Of a stretch of 64,000 nucleotides of DNA, positions 37,915-46,843 are shown piece after piece (the stretch's first letter is position 1; every line of letters begins with the position of its first letter). This stretch comes from an uncultured Eisenbergiella sp. (GTDB taxonomy: Bacteria > Bacillota > Clostridia > Lachnospirales > Lachnospiraceae). The DNA lies in contig CAUWLJ010000004.1 of NCBI GenBank assembly GCA_963559585.1, positions 2,954 to 66,953 on the forward strand, read 5' to 3'. The notes below the pieces were generated by a model. That model did no database searches and was not told the DNA's origin. It worked only from the letters and a program-made list of their open reading frames with translations. The translations under genes and the position numbers were made by a program.

Positions 37915-38022
37915 TAGAGACATACGGCTGTGAAAAGCCCCAATCCTCTTATCCCGTATACAAAAAATGGCCGGTTCATGATATGCTGCCTCCAAGCAGG
38001 ACACTCATTCCGGCCGCTTCTT

Positions 38023-38439
38023 TTATTCTTCGCCGCAGATTATCTTCCTGATCTCCTCCAGCTCCTCCTGATCAGGGCTCATGGGATTCCATCCGATCGT
38101 CTGGCCATCCTCCTCATAACGGGGAATCAGATGAAGATGAAAGTGGGATACTGTCTGGCCTGCACAGGCTCCGTTGTTCTGCACCAGATTGAAGCCCTGG
38201 CAGCCCAGCCGCTCCGTCATCTGTACTGCCATTCTTTTAGCCAGCTTCATCACTTCACCGCATTTCTCCTCCGGCAGCTCATACAGATTGGAGTAATGCT
38301 CCTTGGGCATGATCAGAGCATGTCCCTTACACGCAGGCCCCAGGTCCAGGATTACCCGGTAATTTTCATCCTCATAAATGGTCTTGGACGGAATCTCTCC
38401 GTTTGCAAGCTTACAGAAAATACAGTTTTCTTCTCTCAT
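38023..38439 (-). CDS. HIT-family nucleotide hydrolase
   Basis: CIFCK, GHALIMPKEH, QTVSHFHLHLIPR; start MREEN 38439. Confidence 0.93.
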   Translation of the reverse strand: MREENCIFCKLANGEIPSKTIYEDENYRVILDLGPACKGHALIMPKEHYSNLYELPEEKCGEVMKLAKRMAVQMTERLGCQGFNLVQNNGACAGQTVSHFHLHLIPRYEEDGQTIGWNPMSPDQEELEEIRKIICGEE

Positions 38440-38524
38440 ATCTGTCTCCTTCCTCTTTTTTATGAAAAGCCCCTCTTTCAGAAGCATGCTTTTAGGGAAA
38501 TGTTTCCTGCTAAAAGCCTTTCTC

Positions 38525-39157
38525 TTACCTGTATCTCTCTTTCTGCCTCCCCAGATGGCAAAGCAGAAAGGCCAGCAGAAAACCGCTGAGCAGACCGCCC
38601 AAATGGGCCGCATTGTTCACACGTACACTCTGGAAGCCGGAATACAGAGACAAAAGGATCATCAGCATCATCCTTTGCAGAGAAATACCCACTCCCCTTC
38701 CCTGTCTGGCAATCACCAGATACAAGAGGCCTCCGATTAAGCCAAATACCGCGCCGCTTGCGCCAATCGACTCATAGTAACAGCCGGTAAGGGACTCATA
38801 TACCGCCGACAGAAGATTCCCACAGATCCCCGATGCAAAAAAGAGAACCAGGTATCTTGCCTTCCCCACCGATTTCTCCACCAGCTCTCCGCCAAAATAC
38901 AGAAGAATCATGTTATTTACCAGATGAGTAATGTCAGCATGGAGAAAGATGGAGGTCACCAAACGGTAATATTCCCCTCCTCTCTGCAAATACAGCACAC
39001 TGAAAGCGCCCTCTCCGTACAGCCATTCCCCCCAGATATGACAGGCTGCAAATACGATCACACATACGGCTGTCAGAATCGCACTGCACCAGGGGATTTC
39101 CTTCAGCCGTTCCCTTCTGTTTTCATAGAAGTCCTGTCGCCCCATCATCATTCCCAT
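38525..39157 (-). CDS. Rhomboid intramembrane serine protease
   Basis: YYRL, FLHADITHLVNN, GASGAVFG, AAHLGG; start among several ATGs 39145-39157; promoter TTGACA(39221-16)-17-TAATCT. Confidence 0.9.
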   Translation of the reverse strand: MGMMMGRQDFYENRRERLKEIPWCSAILTAVCVIVFAACHIWGEWLYGEGAFSVLYLQRGGEYYRLVTSIFLHADITHLVNNMILLYFGGELVEKSVGKARYLVLFFASGICGNLLSAVYESLTGCYYESIGASGAVFGLIGGLLYLVIARQGRGVGISLQRMMLMILLSLYSGFQSVRVNNAAHLGGLLSGFLLAFLLCHLGRQKERYR

Positions 39158-39279
39158 TCCTGTTCTTACTGCTTTTCCCAACAATTATAATCAGATTAGC
39201 ACTTCACTTCTCTGTTGTCAATTCCCGTCATGCGGCCGCGCAATGCAGTGCTCAGGCCGCGCTGCTGCTGTGCGGCTGC

Positions 39280-40845
39280 TTATGTGGTATACTGCATTCT
39301 CACATCCCCCAGGCGAATCTCGTCCCCGGTCTCCAAAGCTACCGTTTCCTCCGGCTCCAGACGGATATCATTCACGTATGTACCATTTGTGGAATTCATA
39401 TCCATCAGCACCGTTTTTCCATCCATTTCGCTAAATCGGGCATGAATCCTGCTTACCGAAGCGTCAGGAATCAGAAGCTGTACTCTTCCCTTCATTTTTC
39501 CGGCCAGAGCCGGAAGCTCTCCCAGAGAATATTCCTTCTCCTTACCCCCCACCTGTCCGATCAGCCTGGGCTGTTCCTCCTTTTTCCACATCTCTGATTC
39601 CTCTGCTTCTTTGCATATGCTTCCCAGGTAAACGGTGGGACCTCCAAATCCATCCTCGTCAGCTTCTTCATATTCTCCCCAAAGGGGCGGCTCCTTCTCC
39701 ACCTCCCTTTCCTCCTGTCCCGGCTCCGCGTCCGGCTCCCGCTCCCCTGTAACCAGCCACAGAAAAATCAGGAAGGAAAGTCCATCTGCTGCCAGCGCCG
39801 CAAACAGAATAATCTTCTGCTGCCCTGACGGAGCCAGATACCAGATCAGAGCACACAGCCCAAGGAAAAAAAGCGCAGACAGAACCAGCCCTGTCATGCT
39901 TCCCTTCTTTGACCTTTTCTCTCTGCTTCTGTGCCGTTCCTCCTCCCCTTCATCCTCAATCTCATCCTCCTCCTGCCATTCCTCGTCCTCATAATCTTTA
40001 TACAGCCCTTCCTGTTCCCGTCCTCCGGAATGTTCCCATTCCTCCAGATAGGCCCTGCCCTTCCTGGCCATGTCTGCCGTTCTCTCCGGCTCCGGCTTTC
40101 CGCTCATGTCTCTGACCGATCCGTTTCTTCCGTCTCTTCGGCATTCATAGGTTCCCTCCTGATCGGTAAGCAGTATATTTTCCGGCTTTGAAAGCATACT
40201 GTTTCCATATACGCTTCCCTGCCGCAGGCCTCCCTCCTGTGCTTCTGCCTCTCTCCTTTTTCCGGCAAAGCTATCCTCCTGTACTCCCCGTTCCAGACAG
40301 GCACGGAAGCTTCCTATCGTGAAGCTTTTGGCCTTGGCCATTCGATAAAACTGGTAGGCCGCGCTCATCGCCTCCTTTTCTCTGTGATCCACATGCTCAA
40401 GGAAAAATTCAGTCAGCAGCCGGTAGATCTCCGCCTCCGATTCCTTCCCTGAGGACATGGGATCATACAGAAAAAAAAGCTGCTCCGACTCCAGATCCAT
40501 ATAAATATATTCAGGATCCAGCACCAGACCGTTTTCTTCCAGCAGATATTCTGCTATGCTGTCCTGTACCTGAACCAGATTATCCACCATTCCTCTGAGG
40601 GCCTGAAAACGGATCTGCTCCGACAGATACAGCTGTGCCAGAGACTGCTTGGAGCTGATGTCATAATACAGGCTTGTCTTTCCCTCCAGGCGGCGCTCAC
40701 TGCTGGCCAGAAGTCCCGGTATCCGGTTTCTGAGAATCATTTTATATTGATAACTGTTCTGATACTCCTTCGGTATTTCCTCCAGCACCAGATAGCTGTG
40801 GCTTAATTCCCGTTTATACGAAGGTTTTTTCATTTTCACCTCCAT
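39280..40845 (-). CDS. DUF6382-type N-terminal domain, TM hairpin, C-terminal FHA domain
   Basis: FHA motifs SVSRIHARF and DMNSTNGTYVN; two TMs; last gene of Tad operon. Confidence 0.85.
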   Translation of the reverse strand: MEVKMKKPSYKRELSHSYLVLEEIPKEYQNSYQYKMILRNRIPGLLASSERRLEGKTSLYYDISSKQSLAQLYLSEQIRFQALRGMVDNLVQVQDSIAEYLLEENGLVLDPEYIYMDLESEQLFFLYDPMSSGKESEAEIYRLLTEFFLEHVDHREKEAMSAAYQFYRMAKAKSFTIGSFRACLERGVQEDSFAGKRREAEAQEGGLRQGSVYGNSMLSKPENILLTDQEGTYECRRDGRNGSVRDMSGKPEPERTADMARKGRAYLEEWEHSGGREQEGLYKDYEDEEWQEEDEIEDEGEEERHRSREKRSKKGSMTGLVLSALFFLGLCALIWYLAPSGQQKIILFAALAADGLSFLIFLWLVTGEREPDAEPGQEEREVEKEPPLWGEYEEADEDGFGGPTVYLGSICKEAEESEMWKKEEQPRLIGQVGGKEKEYSLGELPALAGKMKGRVQLLIPDASVSRIHARFSEMDGKTVLMDMNSTNGTYVNDIRLEPEETVALETGDEIRLGDVRMQYTT

Positions 40846-41296
40846 GTGGAAGCGCTTTTGTCCCGTCCTCTATCCCCTCCTCCAGCTTCCGCATTCCCCT
40901 GATAAATCCGGCCGCATCCCTGATCTGTGCTTTCCCTTTCGCCTCTATCTGCCACGCCCCTTCTTTTAAAGGAAGCAGATGCAGGGACGGAAGAGAAAGC
41001 TGTGCCTCCAGCTCCACCGTAACGGCCAGGGGAGTGACCGATATTTCCGTTTCCAGCTCCCTCACAGGAATGACCGCCTCCTGAAGAAGCCTTTCCAGTT
41101 CCCTTCCGGCCACGTTTTTTCTGTCCCCCTCCAGTATCAGACTGGCTCGCAGGGCAGCTATGTAGGCGGCCTGATTCAGAAAGGAAACCGTATATAAATA
41201 GAAGGAAAGCAGCATCAGTAATGCAGTCAAAAATACTGCTGCAGGGACGAGAAAGCTGGCCTCCAGCGTCATATACCCTTTTCGTTCCGATCTCAT
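40814..41296 (-). CDS. TadE-like minor pilin
   Basis: KG|YMTLEAS class III signal with E+5. Confidence 0.8.
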   Translation of the reverse strand: MRSERKGYMTLEASFLVPAAVFLTALLMLLSFYLYTVSFLNQAAYIAALRASLILEGDRKNVAGRELERLLQEAVIPVRELETEISVTPLAVTVELEAQLSLPSLHLLPLKEGAWQIEAKGKAQIRDAAGFIRGMRKLEEGIEDGTKALPHGGENEKTFV

Positions 41297-41330
41297 TGCG
41301 CCTCCTGTCTGCCGCAGCTCTGTGCGGCTT

Positions 41331-41774
41331 TCATCTATGAATACCTGTACGCACCCAAAAAATCACCACCGCTGCCAGGAAAAATGGGGCAAAGGGAATC
41401 TGTGTGCTCCGTGTCCCCTTCCGGCTTACGAGCAGATACACTGCCACCGCAAATGTGAGCAGACAGGCCGTAAAAATCTCTGCTGCGCATAGCTGCCACT
41501 GATGAAGCAGCCCCACCGGCAGAGCCATCAGTCCGTCCGCCGTCCCCATTTTATCTTCCGTCATCCGGCTGTAAAGCAGCATAACCGCCCCCGGAATCAG
41601 CCCCGAAAGAAAGTCCCCCCAGCCCAGGCCTCCCGCCGCCACCTCTGACAGGCAGCAGCAGACCGCCAGAACCAGTCCCGTTCCCAGCAGCCAGCATGGA
41701 ATTTTTCTGGTTCTGCAATCATGTATGCTGCAAATTCCCAGAAATCCGCACACCATTATGTTCTCCATCCACAT
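41331..41774 (-). CDS. A24-family prepilin peptidase (TadV/CpaA-like)
   Basis: HDCRTRKIP, MGTADG, IPFAPF; hydrophobic. Confidence 0.88.
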   Translation of the reverse strand: MWMENIMVCGFLGICSIHDCRTRKIPCWLLGTGLVLAVCCCLSEVAAGGLGWGDFLSGLIPGAVMLLYSRMTEDKMGTADGLMALPVGLLHQWQLCAAEIFTACLLTFAVAVYLLVSRKGTRSTQIPFAPFFLAAVVIFWVRTGIHR

Positions 41775-41855
41775 TTCTGTCTCCTTCTCCTAAGCCCTGC
41801 TCACTCAAAACGGGCTGACACATCTGTGAACTTTGTTTCCCTCTGCACCGATCCG

Positions 41856-42767
41856 TCACCCGCATCTGCTGCAGGGCGTCCGCCCTCCTGCCTCCGACAG
41901 AGGGACACAGCGCACCGTCCTTTTCAGGCCGCTGCAGGTGATCGTATTATGGTAACTGCTTCCCTCTTTTGTGATATAGACGATCCCTGTTCCCCCCGTC
42001 CGGGCGCACTTTTCACAGGGACCATACTTTCCGCCCGAAGCGTTGCGCAGCCCTTCCACCTCTGTTTCCCCAGCCACCTGAATGGACAGCGTGAGATAGG
42101 TACAGTTTCTTGCCACATGATACACACTGCCTCCTTCTGTGATGTACACATACACCTCGCCGCTGTCTCCCGGTGCACGGTGCTCCACATCATACCCCGT
42201 CCAGGCACGCATATAGCAGCAGCTTATGATCGTAGTTCCCGGATAGCCCAGTATGGGAATCACGGGCTGAACCCTGGCGGGCCTGACCAGCTGGATCAGA
42301 TTATTCTCCAAAAATTCCCCTTCTCCTGTAGCATAGGCCAGCATGGAAAGCTGTCTCCCCTGCTGGTGAAGCTGTTCCAGATTGGATATATAGGTATGAA
42401 AAAACAGAATCATGGACAGCACGTTAACGGTAAAGAACAGGAACAATGGAAGGGCAATGCAGGCCTCCGCCGTCATGGAGCCGGCAGATCTTCCGGCCAG
42501 GATTGATGGAAGCCCAAGCTTTATGCTCCAAACGGACGGAAACCCTGGCCTTATGCCGGAAATGGACTTAAGACCGCGTTCTTCGGAAAAGGAAGCAGAT
42601 CGGGACACCCTTTTTACCACACAAAATCGGGGATATAACATGATTTGATTTTTGATAAACGGGATGTGAAGTTTCTGCGTTCGGAAATCGTTGGCCTTTC
42701 TTTTGTTTCTGAATTTATTAGTTACGTAACGGATCAATCTGATCCTGCCGCATGATAAAAAGGGCAT
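41856..42767 (-). CDS. TadE-like minor pilin with two C-terminal Cys/His modules
   Basis: AG|SMTAEAC with E+5; VYITEGGSVYH..NC..CEKC and VYITKEGSSYH..TC..CSRC. Confidence 0.78.
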   Translation of the reverse strand: MPFLSCGRIRLIRYVTNKFRNKRKANDFRTQKLHIPFIKNQIMLYPRFCVVKRVSRSASFSEERGLKSISGIRPGFPSVWSIKLGLPSILAGRSAGSMTAEACIALPLFLFFTVNVLSMILFFHTYISNLEQLHQQGRQLSMLAYATGEGEFLENNLIQLVRPARVQPVIPILGYPGTTIISCCYMRAWTGYDVEHRAPGDSGEVYVYITEGGSVYHVARNCTYLTLSIQVAGETEVEGLRNASGGKYGPCEKCARTGGTGIVYITKEGSSYHNTITCSGLKRTVRCVPLSEAGGRTPCSRCG

Positions 42768-42828
42768 CCCGGTTCACTTCCTTTCCTTCCTGCCGCGCTT
42801 TCCTTCTTCTGCAGCGGCCAGATTCTCC

Positions 42829-44277
42829 TCATTCATAACGATAAGCTCTCTTGATCCTATACTGGAAGCCGTATCCGCTGGTCACCTCCGCCTCCGCCGT
42901 CATGGCGTCAATACAGCCGTCCATACGAAAGCCCTTATTGCCCGGCGTCATGCGGATGTCCGCCTCCATCACGTCCATCAGCCGCATCACCGTCACATCA
43001 TCCGACTGCAGAAAGAGAAACGCTCCAAGGTAGTCCTGATAGGACAGCCCCTCTCCCCCCTTCTGATATTCTGCCAAATGCCCACGGAAGGTGAGGAGCT
43101 GGTAGTAAGGAGTATTCCAGCTTCCATCCTCCTTCATAAGGGGAACCCGTTCCCCGTCAAACAGCATCCTCAGATCCTTTACACTCTCTGCATAGGCCCA
43201 GGCAAACAGAATCAGTACGGTAATCGGCTCCTTCAGCTCCGGCAGGGTGAGTACCAGGGAGATCAGTCCCGCTGTCTCCTCAGCCTGCGCTCTTCTGGTG
43301 CTGTCCGAGAACAGGAAAGCTGCGTTGGCCGCCTCCCGGATCAGGAGCAGCTTATTCGCTACCCTGCGCAGATTGTCCAGATCGTTTCCCTGTCCCTCCA
43401 GCAGATATTCCAACTGATAGGAAAAGGACGCAGGCTCCTTTGCTCTCCCGTAAAAACCGCATTTTTCCATCATGTAAGTCTGAAACAGACACCTGTCCAT
43501 CAGGCTCTCCGGTTCCTGCTTCCCTTCCGGGAGACCGGTACCCTCTATCCGGCCATCCCTGTGGCTCAGAAGGGAATCCACCGCAATGGGCGTGCGTGAA
43601 AGTGTCCCGGGATTGGAAACGGCAAGCGACAGGATTCCCTCCCCACGGGCCTGGTTGACCACATCAGAGGGAAGCTCCACATCCTTTCCCTCCCAGTCTG
43701 TTTCCCCTGCGTCCTCCTTCTCCTGCTGCTTCTGCAGAATCTTCTCCTTCACTTCCGCTTCTGTCTGCTCTCTCTGCGCCTCCACATCGCTGTCCAGATA
43801 CCCGGACTGCTCCAGGCGCCGGGCATTGACTGCCGCCTGGCTTAAATAGCTCATCCCCCATTTATCCAGAATATAGTCCACTGCCTGCCGCTTCAGTACA
43901 GCCCCGTTGTCATCCGGCGCTGCTGAAGCCTGAAGCAGGGTTACACTCTCCGCATTCATGGCGGTCAGATCCTTTCCAACCGGCAGATCAAACAGACGAA
44001 AGGGCTGGAAATTCATGTTCATATAGCCTCTGATATGCTCCTGCGTATTGTCATACGAAGGGCTCCCCCCATAAGAGGTGTCAATAAAGAACAGATCATA
44101 CTGCTCCAACAGCTCCCTGTGGTACTCGGCCAGCGCAGAGTCCATTGCCATGTCCATCACACATTCCGTCTGTGTCCGGATCGTGTGCATCCGCACGCCG
44201 GATATGACGGTCAGAAGGAGAGAGAGCAGTACGCCCGTAACCAGTGACAAATATACTGTTATGTATCCTTTCTGCAC
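42829..44277 (-). CDS. Large TadG-like pseudopilin (DUF5702-type)
   Basis: KG|YITVYLSL pilin-like N-terminus, AEYHRELLEQYDLF, EYLLEG..DLDN. Confidence 0.75.
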   Translation of the reverse strand: MQKGYITVYLSLVTGVLLSLLLTVISGVRMHTIRTQTECVMDMAMDSALAEYHRELLEQYDLFFIDTSYGGSPSYDNTQEHIRGYMNMNFQPFRLFDLPVGKDLTAMNAESVTLLQASAAPDDNGAVLKRQAVDYILDKWGMSYLSQAAVNARRLEQSGYLDSDVEAQREQTEAEVKEKILQKQQEKEDAGETDWEGKDVELPSDVVNQARGEGILSLAVSNPGTLSRTPIAVDSLLSHRDGRIEGTGLPEGKQEPESLMDRCLFQTYMMEKCGFYGRAKEPASFSYQLEYLLEGQGNDLDNLRRVANKLLLIREAANAAFLFSDSTRRAQAEETAGLISLVLTLPELKEPITVLILFAWAYAESVKDLRMLFDGERVPLMKEDGSWNTPYYQLLTFRGHLAEYQKGGEGLSYQDYLGAFLFLQSDDVTVMRLMDVMEADIRMTPGNKGFRMDGCIDAMTAEAEVTSGYGFQYRIKRAYRYE

Positions 44278-44297
44278 CGAACTCCCTCCCTTCCCTG

Positions 44298-44510
44298 TCA
44301 GATGGAGCCCGCCTGTGAAGTGATCTTTTTGAATATGCTGTTCACAAGGGCTGTAAGCTGATTCTTAAAAATGATGACCAGGCCGATCAAAACCACCATA
44401 ATCAGAATCACCTCCACCGTCCCCATCCCTTCCTCATCCCGAAGAAGCTTTTTCACTCTTTCTCTCATACCCACCATGCAGCTCACAGCCTTCCAGTACA
44501 TTCTTTTCAT
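44298..44510 (-). CDS. Flp (type IVb/c) major pilin
   Basis: RDEEG|MGTVEVILIMVVLIGLVIIF with E+5. Confidence 0.88.
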   Translation of the reverse strand: MKRMYWKAVSCMVGMRERVKKLLRDEEGMGTVEVILIMVVLIGLVIIFKNQLTALVNSIFKKITSQAGSI

Positions 44511-44566
44511 TGTTTCCTCCGTTCTGCCGCGTCTGCGGCTTCTTTTTTCTTTCTCTGCTTTTTTAT

Positions 44567-46018
44567 CTACATTCCGGCGAAGGAAAAGCAGGCCGGAACC
44601 ATCACCAGCACCATAACCACTGCCAGGATCATCACCATGGGAAGCAGCAGCTTTGTCCCGGCTTTTTCCCCTTCCTCCCTGGCATGTCTTTTGCGTTCCT
44701 CATAGGAACGCTCCGCCTCCTCCTGCATGGCCGCAAGCATGCCTGCGGAGCCTTTTTTCAGATTCTGCGTCAGCAGAGACGCACATTTCCGATACTGAGG
44801 CAGCCTGCAGCGAGAACCGAAATGTTCATAGGCCTGTAGCTCCGTCACACCGCTTTCCATCTCCCGGCATACCAGGAATAATTCCTCGCAAATATAGCTG
44901 TTTTTTCCATTTCCGTCCTTTTTCCGGTAATCCGATACCATTCTTGCAAAAGCCGCCCTCACCGGAAGACCGGCTCCCATCAGGAGGGTCAGCCTGCTCA
45001 CGAATTCCGGATAGGAAATCAGGAGCTGCCTGTCCCGTTCCTCCAGCCTCTTTCTGATCTCCCCGTCTGCAAAGTAAAGCTGCGCGCCGCCTGCCAGCAG
45101 GAAGGCGGCCAGGATCCACAGACTTTCCTTTCCCATCCTCTCAGACCATATGATCCTGACACCCTCCGTCTCTGCCGGAAGCAGAAACGTCTCTTTGCAG
45201 GCATCCTTCTCGTCCGCATCGCGGATCCGCTCCAGAAGCTGTCTTTGCCGGATTTCACGCTCGCTCAGGATCGGCGGACAAACCCTCACCGCAAAGTCCG
45301 TTTTCCATTCCTGGTCAAAATAGGTGAGCACTGCGGTCAGATTTACCACGATTCCCTTCTCCTTAACACCCTCATTATTCACCTGGCCGTCACTTTGGAT
45401 CAGACTGTAATCGCCGCTCTCCCACCGTATCTCAAACGGAAAGCCATCCAGCTCTCCCGGCAGGTAAAGATCACTCCTCACCTCGTCCAGGCTCTTGTTT
45501 TCACCGGCCATCTCCCCTTCCATAGCCTGTCCGGCCGCTTCCACCAGCCCCTCCAGCTCCTGCCTGGTGTATTTTTGCTCCTCCACATCAATCACAAAGC
45601 TGTCCCTCTCCTCTCCCATCTGCGCTTCCAGCTCCAGAGCTGCGGGACCTTCCCCATAGGAATTCCTATGTACGCGCCCGTCCCCGGAGAGCCGCATTTC
45701 CATTTTTCCGGTCAGATACAGAAGGGCCGAGGCTGCAAAGCCAAGGGCCAGAATGAACAGCAGCCCGCTGATCTTCTCCACCGTAAGCTGACGCAGCATC
45801 TGTCCTGACCGGGCCGGATAAAGAAGCTCCAGCTCCGACCTCCTGCGGACACGCTTCCCACTCCGCCGGACCATCTTCCGTTCCAGCCAGGAGGCCGGTT
45901 TCAGGAAGAACCTTTTGATAGTATCCGTCGTTTCCGCCCCTCTCTCCACCTTTTCCTTTCTGGAAAGAAACAGAAGCGCCAGATACAATACGGCGGCAGC
46001 CGCATATATCACCCACAT
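44567..46018 (-). CDS. tadC: TadC-like platform protein with extracytoplasmic Ig-like insert
   Basis: YPEFVSRLTLLMGAG, EKAGTKLLLPM; insert LYLPGELDGFPFEIRWESGDYSLIQSDGQV..VNLTAVLTY. Confidence 0.8.
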   Translation of the reverse strand: MWVIYAAAAVLYLALLFLSRKEKVERGAETTDTIKRFFLKPASWLERKMVRRSGKRVRRRSELELLYPARSGQMLRQLTVEKISGLLFILALGFAASALLYLTGKMEMRLSGDGRVHRNSYGEGPAALELEAQMGEERDSFVIDVEEQKYTRQELEGLVEAAGQAMEGEMAGENKSLDEVRSDLYLPGELDGFPFEIRWESGDYSLIQSDGQVNNEGVKEKGIVVNLTAVLTYFDQEWKTDFAVRVCPPILSEREIRQRQLLERIRDADEKDACKETFLLPAETEGVRIIWSERMGKESLWILAAFLLAGGAQLYFADGEIRKRLEERDRQLLISYPEFVSRLTLLMGAGLPVRAAFARMVSDYRKKDGNGKNSYICEELFLVCREMESGVTELQAYEHFGSRCRLPQYRKCASLLTQNLKKGSAGMLAAMQEEAERSYEERKRHAREEGEKAGTKLLLPMVMILAVVMVLVMVPACFSFAGM

Positions 46019-46030
46019 ATCCTTCCTCCT

Positions 46031-46843
46031 TCACACCTGTATCATCAGAATCCGCTCCGACAGCCAGACCGCCGCCAGATATACCGCCAGACAGCCCGTC
46101 ATAATCAGGATTCCCACCGGATTCCCATACAGCACATCAAAGAAGCCCCTGGAGGCTGCCTGCAAATAGGCTGCAATCAGAAAAGGCACCAGATTCATAA
46201 TCCTCTGCTCATACCTTCTGGAGGTGAGGCTGGTCTCAATTTCCCTTCTGACCTCAATCCGGTCGCTGGTCATGGCTGCGCTTCTGCGGATGATCTCGTT
46301 CATATTCCCGCCTGTTCTCTTGGCAATACCGAATACCTGGGCAAAATCCTCCACATCCGTCTGGCCGCTCCTCCTTCCCAGATCCATAAGCAGTCTTTCC
46401 AGCGGAACGCCGTTGCCGATTCCCCTTCGTATCATCTCCGCCTCCCTTACGATCAGGCTCGGCCCGCCATACAGACGCTCCATATCCCTTCCGGCTTCCA
46501 GGAAAGCATTCTCCACCGAATATCCCGCCTGAAGGCAGGCGGACACCGCCAGAATCATATCCCGAAACTGCAGGGCTAATTCCTGCCTCCTTTCCGCTCC
46601 CAGCCTGTCTGCTGTCCGTTTCAGAAAGACAGGCACCAGACCTCCCAAAGGAAGCACCGCCCACAGTGATCGATAGAACAGCCAGGCCAAAAGCCCTGCC
46701 AGCGCCAGTCCCTCCCCGGTATAGATGCCAAGCTCCTTCCAGGTAAAGCGGTATCCCCCATAATCCGGCGCGTGCTCTTTCTCCCGGTCTGCCTTCTTCT
46801 GTCTACGTGGCATCCAGTCCCGCCATTTTAAGCTTTCCCACAT
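46031..46843 (-). CDS. tadB: TadB-like platform protein
   Basis: FRDMILAVSACLQAGYSVENA, FGIAKRTGGN, RRYEQRIM. Confidence 0.85.
   Translation of the reverse strand: MWESLKWRDWMPRRQKKADREKEHAPDYGGYRFTWKELGIYTGEGLALAGLLAWLFYRSLWAVLPLGGLVPVFLKRTADRLGAERRQELALQFRDMILAVSACLQAGYSVENAFLEAGRDMERLYGGPSLIVREAEMIRRGIGNGVPLERLLMDLGRRSGQTDVEDFAQVFGIAKRTGGNMNEIIRRSAAMTSDRIEVRREIETSLTSRRYEQRIMNLVPFLIAAYLQAASRGFFDVLYGNPVGILIMTGCLAVYLAAVWLSERILMIQV

Noticed and set aside
39196-39222. CIRCE upstream of the rhomboid gene
   Set aside because: Only one half-site (TTAGCACTT); the other half does not match.
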